Below are positions 21,350 to 30,682 of a stretch of DNA of 64,000 bases, piece after piece. A program made the translations under genes and the position numbers. The stretch covers positions 1-64,000 of the forward strand of contig CAWDOY010000048.1 in NCBI GenBank assembly GCA_963803975.1, in the 5' to 3' direction. The notes below the pieces were generated by a model. It searched no databases. It was not told the DNA's origin and was given only the letters and a program-made list of their open reading frames with translations. Position 1 is the stretch's first letter, and each line of letters opens with the position of its first letter. The stretch comes from an uncultured delta proteobacterium. GTDB lineage: Bacteria; Desulfobacterota; WTBG01; CAIYCZ01.

Positions 21350-21810
21350 TTACTGCAACGGCTGGCCGGCAACTCCGGTTTTCAGATTGGGTTTTATCAG
21401 GTCTCCCACATAACCCTTATCACCGGTACTTCAATATCCCCGGGATTTGCCGCATAATATTCATCAACCTTGCGCGCAATGTCATTCATCTTCACACCGG
21501 CCATTCCCTCAACAGCCTTTGCAGAGAAATTTTCCACCTTTAATTGGGGATAGACATCCATCAGCGCCTGTTCAATGGTCACCACGTGGCAGAACCCCCA
21601 GAGAAAGGCCACTTTTTCATTCTGCGACGCTTTCTGCCAGATTGTACCGTTGAGCAGCTTTATGCCCATATCTGCAAGCTCCTTATTCACCGTTTCTCGC
21701 AACTGCTTCCGCGCCTCAGTCTCAACCGCCAGCGATGTCCGGGCAGTTCCAGCCAGCAGCATGAAGGCTCCCAGAAGACATACAATACATAATAATCTCC
21801 TGTTTTTCAT
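21350..21810 (-). CDS. Hypothetical exported protein; probable 1-nt deletion near the 3' end
   Basis: SD GGAGG; signal peptide. The ORF stops at 21397, but the adjacent frame continues LIKPNLKTGVAGQPLQ to TAA at 21350. Confidence 0.65.
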
Positions 21811-22002
21811 AGCACTTCCTCCTGTGTTAAATTTATAAATTATCAATCCACTTGATTGAAGCTTTAACGAAAAAAGTTTTGGGGTCGATATCGATATTAA
21901 TAAGATATTAACGCATGGTTTTCAATGATTTGTTTCACATTTCCATCATAAAAGTTGCTCCGGCTTTATTTGTCTTGGAGTAAAAGTACAATGCTTGAAC
22001 AC

Positions 22003-22345
22003 GCCACAGAATTACACAGAAACACACGGAACTGTTTAAACCTTTCAGCGCTATTCAGTGCGTGTCTGTGACCGCATTATTTAAAACATTTTTTGTCTTA
22101 GATTAAGCCACAGAAATATACGGAACTATTTAAAACCTTTCAGCGCTATTCAGTGCGTGTCTGTGACCGCATTATTTAAAACATTTTTTGTCTTAGATTA
22201 AGCCACAGAAATACACAGAAATATTAAAACCTTCAGTGCTATTCTGTGCGTGTCAGTGGCCGCATTATTTTGATTAAGCCACAGAATTACACAGAAATAC
22301 ACAGAACTATTTAAAACCTTTCAGCGCTTATTTGTGGCCGCATTA
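22003..22345. repeat. Four tandem imperfect palindromic units (GCCACAGA...TCTGTGRCCGCATTA)
   Basis: Units start at 22003, 22107, 22202 and 22278; about 70-105 bp each, with no unique spacers. Confidence 0.85.
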
Positions 22346-22419
22346 GATAATTTCCCATACAAATTAAAATCTGGAACTCAGGAAATAAGGTTTTATGCTT
22401 TTATCAATATCCTGCTGTG

Positions 22420-22450
22420 AAAGCCCCGACCTGTGGGCGGGGAGCTTCAC
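22420..22450 (+). repeat. Solo IS200/IS605-type right end
   Basis: AAAGCCCCGACCTGTGGGCGGGGAGCTTCAC matches the right end at 29740-29770. Confidence 0.7.
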
Positions 22451-22480
22451 TTTCAGTGAGCTCCAGACAAAAATCTTTGC

Positions 22481-22732
22481 TTATGCTTTCTTAATTATTT
22501 CGACGATGAATAGCAGCAGTATGGCCCCAACCGTCGCAGTAATTCTTGAACCAATTATTCCTATGGTCGTAATGCCAAGGAGACCAAATGCAAAGCCCCC
22601 AACTACGGCGCCTATTATGCCGACAATAATATTGCCGAGCAGGCCAAAACCGCCGCCTTTCATTAACGTTCCAGCCAACCAGCCTGCTACAGCACCAATC
22701 GCCAAGAATATTATCAATCCTGTTATATCCAT
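22481..22732 (-). CDS. GlsB/YeaQ/YmgE family stress-response membrane protein
   Basis: IGAVAGWLAG..MKGGGFGLLGNIIVGIIGAVVGG signature. Confidence 0.9.
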   Translation of the reverse strand: MDITGLIIFLAIGAVAGWLAGTLMKGGGFGLLGNIIVGIIGAVVGGFAFGLLGITTIGIIGSRITATVGAILLLFIVEIIKKA

Positions 22733-22766
22733 GATTACCCCCTTCTGTTGTTAAAGTTTTTTATTA

Positions 22767-23495
22767 TTACGGTATGCGTAACGTTTGCCCCGGGTAAATA
22801 CGATCGGGATTCTTCAAGATATCGCGGTTTGCTTCAAAAATCTGCCGCCACTGATTAGCATCGTTGTAAAAATGCTTGGAAATTTTTGACAGCGTATCGC
22901 CATTTACTACCGTGTATGTACGCACGACTGACGCAGCAGCAGAGCCAGTTACGGGCGCTGCAACACGTGCAGTGTTTGGCGTTTCGGCAGCAAAGGATGC
23001 GCCTCGCGGAGCAGCGCTGGACTCCTCAGCCTCAGCATCCTTTTTGCCAAAATACGATGCCGCGACTTTTGCCGCTACCGCCACACCCACCCCGCCAAGA
23101 AGAACTTTGCCGAGGGTAGCCAGATTGCTGGACTCAGGCGCGTGACCGTCGGGAGTTAATTTATCAACCATTACCGGTAGCAATTGCGCAAGAACATTCG
23201 CCCCATCAGCTGCCGGAATTCCTGCTTGCTGGGCTAAAGCTGCAATCTGATCACTGCCCAGGATTCTCGACAATTGATCGGGGCGAATAGATTGGTTTTC
23301 CCCTGTCCCTACCCACGACGAAAGAACATCGCCCAGTCCAGATTGTTGAAACATGCTCATCAACCCCTGTATGCCGCCCACCGAGTCGAGCATACTCAAA
23401 GCACCGCCAAGCAAATTTTGAGTTTGTTCTTCTGTTTGACTTGAAACAGACTCTGCTCCCAATGCATTTTGTACTATTTCCGTGAAAAGACTCAT
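22767..23495 (-). CDS. YidB (DUF937) domain fused to a C-terminal LysM domain
   Basis: [27 protein letters not shown] and [14 protein letters not shown]-terminal [17 protein letters not shown]...[10 protein letters not shown]. Confidence 0.85.
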   Translation of the reverse strand: MSLFTEIVQNALGAESVSSQTEEQTQNLLGGALSMLDSVGGIQGLMSMFQQSGLGDVLSSWVGTGENQSIRPDQLSRILGSDQIAALAQQAGIPAADGANVLAQLLPVMVDKLTPDGHAPESSNLATLGKVLLGGVGVAVAAKVAASYFGKKDAEAEESSAAPRGASFAAETPNTARVAAPVTGSAAASVVRTYTVVNGDTLSKISKHFYNDANQWRQIFEANRDILKNPDRIYPGQTLRIP

Positions 23496-23659
23496 AATGG
23501 GTTCTCCTCATAAAATAAATCAATGTTTACCAGCACCATGCCGTCGCTGACTGCATAGATCACTTCATAGTGACTCCCTCCTTAATAAGTGTTTATAATT
23601 TAACAACCCGTTCAGCCTGCGGGCTGAAGCCCCCGCCTGCTGTTTTCCTGCCTTTGCCC

Positions 23660-24097
23660 TCAGTCCAGGGGTATGCGGATTTTCTGTCCGGAAAATATGA
23701 GGTTCGCGTCCTTGATGACCTCCCGGTTAGCCTCAAAAATTCTGGGATAATCGTTCGCTTTGCCATAAAACTGTTTGGCTATTGCTGACAGCGTGTCGCC
23801 TTTCTTGATGACGTAGTACTCCACTTTGGCTTGAACAGGAGGGGGAGGGGCCTGCAGCTTGTCAATTTTCACCTCGGTAACCCCCTGGACGTTACCGGCC
23901 ATGAGCACTGCTTTTTCCATTGCCTCTGCGCTGCTGGCCTGGCCTGAAATCGAAACTACCCCGTCCTTGAACTCAACGCCCAGGCCCGATATCCCGGGGT
24001 TGGTCTCCTCAATGTGCTGCTTAATTTTTTCCGCAGCTTCCGCGTCACGATTGAAAAGTTTACGGCCGATATCTTTAACAAAATCGAAAAGTCCCAT
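23660..24097 (-). CDS. BON-LysM protein, Kbp/YgaU-like potassium-binding protein
   Basis: MGLFDFVKDIGRKLF start, BON domain (EKAVLMAGNVQGV) and LysM (GDTLSAIAKQFYG..NDYPRIFEAN). Confidence 0.9.
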   Translation of the reverse strand: MGLFDFVKDIGRKLFNRDAEAAEKIKQHIEETNPGISGLGVEFKDGVVSISGQASSAEAMEKAVLMAGNVQGVTEVKIDKLQAPPPPVQAKVEYYVIKKGDTLSAIAKQFYGKANDYPRIFEANREVIKDANLIFSGQKIRIPLD

Positions 24098-24177
24098 GGT
24101 GTCCTCCTTTTTCTTGTTGTGTTTATGGTGCTCGTCACATTGCAAAATTCCATCGAATAATGGAGCTGCGATACCCT

Positions 24178-25020
24178 TTACAGCAGCTGATCCTGCTGCC
24201 CGGCAAGAAGCCGTAAACGCCGGATCCGCTCTTCCGCTGGCGGATGCGTTGAAAACAGCCTTTGCAGCCCGCCAAAGAAGGGGTTCATAATGAACATATG
24301 AGAATGCGCGGGATTCCCCCGTTCCAGGGGAAAAGCCTGAACACCCTGTTGGAGTTTTCCCAGAGCGCTTGCAAGGGCCAGAGGCTTCCCGCTTATTTCA
24401 GCCCCTCCTTCATCCGCGGCATATTCCCTCACCCGGGAAACAGCCGTGCGAATTAACATGGCGCCAAGAGGTGCGCCGAACACGATGAGCAGTGTTCCCA
24501 GCGGATTATTCCGCCGATCCTGATCACCGACACCAAAACGGGCAAACTGCCCGAGCATGGCAATAGCCCCGGCAAATGTTGCCGCGATAGTACCGGTGAG
24601 GATGTCTCGATTCTTCACGTGTGCCAGCTCATGCCCGATGACTCCCGACAGCTCTTCATCATCGAGAATTTTCAGCAAGCCCTCTGTCGCCGCGACAGCT
24701 GCGTGTTCGGGGTTACGGCCGGTTGCAAATGCGTTCGGATTCTGTTCGGGAACAACAAAAACCTTCGGCATGGGTAAGCCGGCCTTTTTGGCTAATTCAG
24801 CAACAATCCTATACAGCCGTGACTGATCCTCCGGTCCGACCTGCGAAGCCGCATAGCGCTTCAGGATCATTTTGTCACTGAACCAGTAGGAGAAAAAGTT
24901 CATTGCGGCGGCAACAAGAAAGGCCATGACAGCCCCTTCTCCCCCTCCCACGGCTCCACCAATAACAACAAAGAGGATAGTAAGAAATACCATCAGGAAA
25001 AATGTACGGGTTCTATTCAT
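24178..25020 (-). CDS. htpX: Zinc metalloprotease HtpX (M48)
   Basis: PNAFATGRNP, HELAH, SRVREYAAD and FSTHPP. Confidence 0.92.
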   Translation of the reverse strand: MNRTRTFFLMVFLTILFVVIGGAVGGGEGAVMAFLVAAAMNFFSYWFSDKMILKRYAASQVGPEDQSRLYRIVAELAKKAGLPMPKVFVVPEQNPNAFATGRNPEHAAVAATEGLLKILDDEELSGVIGHELAHVKNRDILTGTIAATFAGAIAMLGQFARFGVGDQDRRNNPLGTLLIVFGAPLGAMLIRTAVSRVREYAADEGGAEISGKPLALASALGKLQQGVQAFPLERGNPAHSHMFIMNPFFGGLQRLFSTHPPAEERIRRLRLLAGQQDQLL

Positions 25021-25114
25021 AGTCCATCACCCTCCTTTTCTGTCAAGGATACCGGCGGATGTACAGGATTTATGATGTGAGATAACAGAAAAAAATCACA
25101 ACACATTGATATGT

Positions 25115-25144
25115 AAAAAGGCAGAGCAGTGAATGCTCTGCCTT
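25115..25144 (-). terminator. Intrinsic terminator after the OmpA-family gene
   Basis: AAGGCAGAGCA-GTGAA-TGCTCTGCCTT perfect stem with a T-run on the minus strand. Confidence 0.75.
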
Positions 25145-25179
25145 CATGACAATCATACTCTTTTTAATCCTGTCTGCTA

Positions 25180-25863
25180 TTAACCCTGCGGCTGATTCTG
25201 ACCTGCCTGCGGGGTAGGTTCAATGATGATGGAGACACGCCGGTTAAGCTGGCGTCCGCCTTCGGTCGCGTTGTCTGCAATCGGGTTCGACTCGCCCATG
25301 CCCATAGCAGTGATGCGGGCCGCCTGTACGTTTTTAATCGCCAGGGCGTTCTTTACCGCATTGGCCCGCTGCTCTGACAGCTGCAGATTATAGGATTCCG
25401 ATCCCGTGCTGTCGGTATACCCTACAACTTTTATGGTGGTGTCAGGGTATCTATTCAGAATTTGCGCCACGCGGTCAATTTCTCCTGAAGCGTAGGCTGC
25501 GGGCTTGATAACGGATGAGTTGGTGTCAAACATAACATCCGATTTAAAGGTGAGGATAATCGCGTCCTTTTCCCGCTGCACCCCCTGCATGATTGCATCC
25601 TGCTCCCGTGCCTGTGACTCAGCGAGTGCCTGCTTGAATTCACGCTCCTGTTTGTCCATGTAATAACCGATTACACCACCGGCAAGTCCGCCGACTACTG
25701 CGCCGATTGCAGCGCCTTTGCCCCCGCCGGCCGCGGCGCCGACCCCGGCGCCAACCACCGCACCCACCCCGGCGCCGATAGCGGTCTTAGGATTCTCCTT
25801 TATGGTTGCGCAGCCGGGCAGGATAAGAGCTACAATAAGTAACCCCACTAAAACATGTTTCAT
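25180..25863 (-). CDS. OmpA-family lipoprotein with glycine zipper (YiaD-like)
   Basis: Lipobox LPGC; glycine zipper; GYTDSTGS..YNLQLSEQRA and NRRV. Confidence 0.92.
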   Translation of the reverse strand: MKHVLVGLLIVALILPGCATIKENPKTAIGAGVGAVVGAGVGAAAGGGKGAAIGAVVGGLAGGVIGYYMDKQEREFKQALAESQAREQDAIMQGVQREKDAIILTFKSDVMFDTNSSVIKPAAYASGEIDRVAQILNRYPDTTIKVVGYTDSTGSESYNLQLSEQRANAVKNALAIKNVQAARITAMGMGESNPIADNATEGGRQLNRRVSIIIEPTPQAGQNQPQG

Positions 25864-25923
25864 GATATGCCTCCTCTGGTTCAGCCTTTAATGTTACCTT
25901 CTCAATATAGTATACGTTTTCCC

Positions 25924-26304
25924 TTATTTAACAACGTCAGTCGCCCCCTTCATCTTGTCCATCCCCTCCTGCACCTTGTCCATCGGGTTCTTTCCCTTGT
26001 CCTCATCCTTCTTCATCTTTTTTTCTGCTTTCTCATCAATGGCACTGCAGGTTTTGTCAGTCAGCATCCCGGCCGGCATTTTCATGTCTTCTTCTTTTTT
26101 CTGGAACTCTTTGATGGCCTCACGGGTGTCCTTGTCCATTTTACCGGTCACCTCGCCCTTGTAATATCCCAGGGTCTTAAGGCCCTCCTGGGCTTTTGAT
26201 ATTTTCTCTGCCTGCTGATTCTCTTTTTCTTCGGCAACGCACAGTGCAGTGAACGTAAAAACCACCATCACCCCAATCAGTACTGCTAAAATTATCCTGC
26301 TCAT
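25924..26304 (-). CDS. Peptidoglycan-binding domain exported protein
   Basis: Signal peptide; AQEGLKTLGYYKGEVTGKMDKDTREAIKEFQ. Confidence 0.8.
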   Translation of the reverse strand: MSRIILAVLIGVMVVFTFTALCVAEEKENQQAEKISKAQEGLKTLGYYKGEVTGKMDKDTREAIKEFQKKEEDMKMPAGMLTDKTCSAIDEKAEKKMKKDEDKGKNPMDKVQEGMDKMKGATDVVK

Positions 26305-26385
26305 AAAAACCTCCTTTTTGCTTTGTGAATGGTTTGTCTTTTGGGAAACCATGTAGATGCGGTTCCCCGGCTTCTGTTTCACTGT

Positions 26386-27072
26386 TTATTTATTAAAAAC
26401 TTTCTTTAAAAGATCTGTTGACCGAGCTCCGGGATTTACCCTGATCATTTTTTCCTGCTGACCCAGCATCACAAAAAGACCATCAGTTGATTTCTTGGTA
26501 ACATAATCGTTAAGGTCAAACTTTATCCCGCTCATCAAAGGCAGGGCCTTGGCCTTGCTCATAATATTTTCAAAAAGACGGGTAGTGCCCGCCTCTCCCA
26601 TGGTTGCTGCGATAATAGGCTTAAATTCAGTATAGATACTATCTGAGGTTTTCAGTTTAAAATAGTCTGTTGCACCAGTATTCCCACCATTAAGAATCTT
26701 CTGGGCATCCTCAAGGTTCATGTTTTTTATTGCATCGCCAAATATAGATGCTGCTTTCGGCGCCGCTTTCTCAGCTGCCCTGTTCATGCTGAGAATAAAT
26801 TCATCGACCTGTTTTTGCATCCCCATTTTGCCCAAAGTATCCGTTACCATACGCATCTTTTCCGGCATAAGAATCTTAATTGCTTGATTTCCAAAATATC
26901 CGTCTGTTTTCCCCACCAGGGCAATTGCTTTTTCGGTGCTTATGGCAAGTGCCTCTTTAAGGCCTGAGATTATGGTAGCCTGCTCAAGTCCAGCGGTTGC
27001 GGAAGCTCCAATCAACAGCATGCTGGTAACTGCAGCTAACATAACTATGTTCTTATAAATTTCTTTTCTCAT
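26386..27072 (-). CDS. DUF4197 family protein
   Basis: GLKEAL, DGYFGNQAIKILMP, SMNRAAEKA and R.NPGARSTDLLKKVF. Confidence 0.88.
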   Translation of the reverse strand: MRKEIYKNIVMLAAVTSMLLIGASATAGLEQATIISGLKEALAISTEKAIALVGKTDGYFGNQAIKILMPEKMRMVTDTLGKMGMQKQVDEFILSMNRAAEKAAPKAASIFGDAIKNMNLEDAQKILNGGNTGATDYFKLKTSDSIYTEFKPIIAATMGEAGTTRLFENIMSKAKALPLMSGIKFDLNDYVTKKSTDGLFVMLGQQEKMIRVNPGARSTDLLKKVFNK

Positions 27073-27114
27073 GGGATATTCTCCTGCTGTTTAACGGATA
27101 CTTTAGTTATTATC

Positions 27115-27564
27115 TTATGCTCCCTTGATCTCAGCGGTGCAATGTGCACAGCGGGATGCTTTAAGCGGAATAACTGATAGACAGTACGAACACTCTTTGG
27201 TGTCTGCTTCCGGTGGCGGCGCTTCACGTTTTAACTTATTGACCGAACGGATAAGCATGAACACAGCAAAGGCAACAATCAGAAAGCTGATTATGGTATT
27301 AATGAAGACCCCATAATTAACGGTGATTGCACCGGCAGCTTTTGCAGCAGCCAGCGTCTCATAAGCTCCGGCTATTTTTCCCTCCCTGATCACTATAAAG
27401 AGGTTAGAGAAGTCAACATTTCCCAGCAGCAGGCCAATGGGAGGCATGATAACATCATCAACCAGAGATTTAATAATTGTGCCAAACGCTGCCCCGATGA
27501 TAATGCCCACCGCCATATCAATAACATTACCACGCATGATAAATTCTTTAAATTCTTTAAGCAT
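27115..27564 (-). CDS. mscL: Large-conductance mechanosensitive channel with C-terminal zinc ribbon
   Basis: [28 protein letters not shown]-terminal CSYC...CAHC. Confidence 0.96.
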   Translation of the reverse strand: MLKEFKEFIMRGNVIDMAVGIIIGAAFGTIIKSLVDDVIMPPIGLLLGNVDFSNLFIVIREGKIAGAYETLAAAKAAGAITVNYGVFINTIISFLIVAFAVFMLIRSVNKLKREAPPPEADTKECSYCLSVIPLKASRCAHCTAEIKGA

Positions 27565-27643
27565 CGTCGCCTCCCTCTAATGTAGTATACATATATTTTT
27601 GACCCCCTTTACACAGCGTTGCCGAAGATTTACCATAGAAAAA

Positions 27644-28333
27644 TTATGCTTCCTTTTCGCCGATAAAGCGATACACGACCGCACCCAGTAACGCGCCAAT
27701 AATCGGCGCGATCCAGAACAGCCACAGTTGCGCAATTGCCCAGCCTCCAACATATAACGCAACGCCAGTGCTCCGCGCAGGGTTAACAGAGGTGTTGGTT
27801 ACCGGAATACTGATCAAGTGAATCAGGGTAAGGCACAGGCCAATAGCAATCGGCGCAAATCCTTGCGGCGCCCGCTTGTCAGTTGCTCCCAGAATGACGA
27901 TCAGGAACATCATCGTCATGACAACTTCACAGACCAGCGCTGCGAGCAATGAGTACCCGCCGGGTGAATGGTCACCATAGCCGTTAGAGGCAAAACCAGC
28001 GGCTACGTCAAAGCCGGCTTTGCCACTTGCAATAATGTACAGAACGCCGCCTGCTGCTATCGCGCCAAGGACCTGCGCTATAATATATGGCAGTAGTTTA
28101 CCGGCAGGGAAACGGCCGCCAGCCCAAAGACCGACGGATACTGCCGGATTAAGGTGGCAGCCAGAGATATGTCCAATTGCAAAGGCCATGGTCAGGACGG
28201 TCAAACCAAAGGCAAGGGATACGCCCAGCAGGCCAATGCCCACATTGGGGAATGCTGCGGCCAGCACCGCACTGCCGCAGCCGCCCAACACCAGCCAGAA
28301 AGTCCCAAAGAACTCTGCACCATAGGTTTTCAT
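27644..28333 (-). CDS. aqpZ: Aquaporin Z
   Basis: Two NPA motifs (HLNPAVS, SVNPARS); [24 protein letters not shown]. Confidence 0.96.
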   Translation of the reverse strand: MKTYGAEFFGTFWLVLGGCGSAVLAAAFPNVGIGLLGVSLAFGLTVLTMAFAIGHISGCHLNPAVSVGLWAGGRFPAGKLLPYIIAQVLGAIAAGGVLYIIASGKAGFDVAAGFASNGYGDHSPGGYSLLAALVCEVVMTMMFLIVILGATDKRAPQGFAPIAIGLCLTLIHLISIPVTNTSVNPARSTGVALYVGGWAIAQLWLFWIAPIIGALLGAVVYRFIGEKEA

Positions 28334-28365
28334 ATCAACCCCTCCTGTGTTGTTAATGATCTATA

Positions 28366-28899
28366 TTATTTGCCCATATCCATTCCATCCTTTACTTTCC
28401 CCATGCCCTCTTCAATTTTAGACTTACCTTCTCCCATTTTGTCCATCCCGGTTTTTTCTTCTGGCTTTACCGCGGTGTCTTTAGGCGCTTCAACAGCTTC
28501 TACAGCTTTTTCTTCCGGCTTTACCGCAGTGTCTTTAGGCGCTTCAACGGCTTCTGCAGCTTTATCTTCCGGCTTTACCGCAGTGTCTTTAGGCGCTTCA
28601 ACAGCTTCTACAGCTTTTTCTTCCGGCTTTACCGCGGTGTCTTTAGGCGCTTCAACAGCTTCTGCAGCTTTTTCTTCCGGCTTTACCGCGGTGTCTTTAG
28701 GCGCTTCAACAGCTTCTACAGCTTTTTCTTCCGGCTTTACCGCGGTGTCTTTAGGCGCTTCAATAGCTTCTCCAATCTTTTTACCCGCCTTTTCCATGAT
28801 GCCTTCTTGACTTTGACAGTCAGATGCGGATACAAAAAATACTAAGGCAATAATCAGGAAAGAGAGGAGCTTAAGAAATGTTAGCATTATTTTTTTCAT
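28366..28899 (-). CDS. Exported protein with six 18-aa tandem repeats
   Basis: SD GGAGG; signal peptide; (AxEAVEAPKDTAVKPEEK) x6. Confidence 0.75.
   Translation of the reverse strand: MKKIMLTFLKLLSFLIIALVFFVSASDCQSQEGIMEKAGKKIGEAIEAPKDTAVKPEEKAVEAVEAPKDTAVKPEEKAAEAVEAPKDTAVKPEEKAVEAVEAPKDTAVKPEDKAAEAVEAPKDTAVKPEEKAVEAVEAPKDTAVKPEEKTGMDKMGEGKSKIEEGMGKVKDGMDMGK
28453..28776. repeat. 54-bp tandem repeat x6 (coding VNTR)
   Basis: Unit GGCTTTACCGCGGTGTCTTTAGGCGCTTCAACAGCTTCTACAGCTTTTTCTTCC with alternating variants. Confidence 0.92.
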
Positions 28900-29057
28900 G
28901 GCAACCTCCTTTTTAAATGGTTAAGGGAGACTCTAAAAATAGTATTTTCAAAGCGCTCAATGAATGTAACGTGTTGGTTTTTTTCTTGCAGTTAAGCGCA
29001 AATCGAATTATTTGAGGCACCCTTAAATTATAAAAAACTTCACTATTGCGGAAAAGC

Positions 29058-29387
29058 TCATTCCTTGGCCTTTTCTTCAACTTTCTCCGCGGCGCTCCCC
29101 ACTGCCTCTTTAGTTGCTTGAACACCTTCACCAACCTTTTCTCCTGTTTTCTCTGCGGCGCTCTGCACTGCCTCTTTAGTTGCATCAACGCCCTCGCTCA
29201 CCTTTTCACCTGCCTTTTCCATGGCATCTTTCGTTGCTTCAATGCCTTCGTCAACCTTTTTGCCTGCCTTTTCCATAGTGCCTTCAGTGCCTTCCTGCTT
29301 CTGGCAGCCGGAGACGGCAATAACAAATACCAGGGCAATCATTACCGGAATGATACCCTTCAGAAATGCTGCGATTGATCTTTTCAT
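29058..29387 (-). CDS. Lipoprotein with 22-aa LEA/YtxH-like amphipathic repeats
   Basis: Lipobox VSGC; EKAGEKVxEGVxATKEAV repeats. Confidence 0.75.
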   Translation of the reverse strand: MKRSIAAFLKGIIPVMIALVFVIAVSGCQKQEGTEGTMEKAGKKVDEGIEATKDAMEKAGEKVSEGVDATKEAVQSAAEKTGEKVGEGVQATKEAVGSAAEKVEEKAKE

Positions 29388-29599
29388 GGTGACCTCCTTT
29401 TTAAGTAACACTTTTTTAGTTTAACAACTGTTCAGCCCGCAGGCTGAACCCCCTGCCTTTAGATTTATTGTGCGTAACGCACCCAATCCTGCCGGGTACA
29501 CAGCCTTTGCGCCCGGCATTACAGCTGATGTTTTAGTTTACCAAACACTTTCTTATCTGAGAGCATAAAAACCTTTTACTGTCAATGCTGCCGGCGAAT

Positions 29600-29940
29600 T
29601 TACAGATCAAGCACCAGGCGCAGACCGCCGGTGGCCAGCTTGTCGATGTTGGGCGTCTTGACCGGTTTCATGCCTCGCAAGCCCCGCTTTGTAAGCGGGG
29701 TCAAGAGGCATGTATCGAAAAAGAATAATTAAACTCCGGGAAGCCCCGCCTTGTAGGCGGGGAGCTTCACATGGCCACCGCAGCAGCCGAGGTCTGCATT
29801 GCCTATGTCGTCGGCCATAATGAAGATGATGCCGGGTTTGCCTGTCCCGCCAGTAGCCTTGGCGGAGGCCGGGTCCGCAGCCTGAAAATTGTGCAAAGCA
29901 GCAGAATAATGACTGAAAGAATTACTTGTAGTTTTTTCAT
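29600..29940 (-). pseudogene. Arylsulfatase-family N-terminal remnant
   Basis: SD and signal peptide from 29940; GKPGIIFIMADDIGNADLGCCGGH | VKTPNIDKLATGGLRL, interrupted by an insertion and then truncated. Confidence 0.8.
29663..29770 (+). mobile_element. 108-bp non-autonomous IS200/IS605 derivative (PATE-like)
   Basis: Two GCCCCGC..GCGGGG hairpins; inserted after TTGAC and ending TTCAC with no target duplication. Removing it restores the GGH-VKTP frame. Confidence 0.85.
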
Positions 29941-30500
29941 GGGACCCCTCCCTTAGTTGATGTCAATAAATGTGGCAGTTATTGTATGGAAAGAATGTAA
30001 CAGGATAGTTGTTATATTTAGATATAGAACATTAAACGGGACGCGCAAGGGTTTTTTTATCCGTTTATAATAAAGATTTTAAAGAGAATATTATTTCATA
30101 ACAGAATGATTGATTGTCAATTAGAATATTGTTAAAACTGCCAAAAATTTATGGCAGCAGTAAAATGGATTTCTACTATTTGACGAAAAAAACCTGCCTG
30201 CACGTAGATAAGCTGCAATTAGGAACAGCCGCTGCCAGCTGTGGAGGTAAGGGAACGAAAGCAAAGCAGCAGGTTATCGAACGCAGTATTTTATTGCGCA
30301 AGTTATGATGTACAGGGAACGACAGAGCAAGTTATATGGCACAGGAAGGGAGAGCGGCGTGTATGGCGCAGGAAGGAGCACGATCGACAAACCGTGTGCA
30401 GCTTGAGCAGATTCTTGACAAGGTAGTACTGCATTCGTTCTGACACTAACTATAAAACCCGCTCTATTGGATGCCCAAAACTAAAACTGATAGATTTTAA

Positions 30501-30530
30501 TTGACGTGATTTCTTTCATGGGAGTATAAT
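30501..30530 (+). promoter_or_regulatory. Sigma70-type promoter
   Basis: TTGACG-18 nt-TATAAT upstream of the SBBP gene. Confidence 0.65.
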
Positions 30531-30598
30531 TTTATTAATTCCGGAGGGATTGTCCATGTCTGGGATTAATTTCAAAAATAGTATTGAGAAGCGTTTAG

Positions 30599-30636
30599 AA
30601 AACCTCTATCTGCATTTCCGCAGGTGGAGGTTTTTT
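30599..30636 (+). terminator. Terminator hairpin within the 5' leader of the SBBP gene
   Basis: AAAACCTCTATCTGC-ATTTCC-GCAGGTGGAGGTTTTTT, located between the promoter and the start codon. Confidence 0.65.
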
Positions 30637-30682
30637 ATTGTGGTAACTCTGTCAGGCAACCTTTTATACAGGAGGAGTAACC

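Noticed and set aside
22003..22345. CRISPR array
   Set aside because: Units are long and variable, intervening sequences are repeated rather than unique spacers, and no cas genes occur in the window.
28453..28776. CRISPR-like repeat or plus-strand ORF 28154-28810
   Set aside because: Contiguous 54-bp coding VNTR without spacers; the minus-strand ORF has an SD and signal peptide, so the plus ORF is its shadow.
29960..30500. c-di-GMP (GEMM) riboswitch or small genes in the long intergenic region
   Set aside because: I could not find the GGCAAAC..GAAA..GACGCAAAGC pattern; the short ORFs lack SD sites and recognisable motifs.
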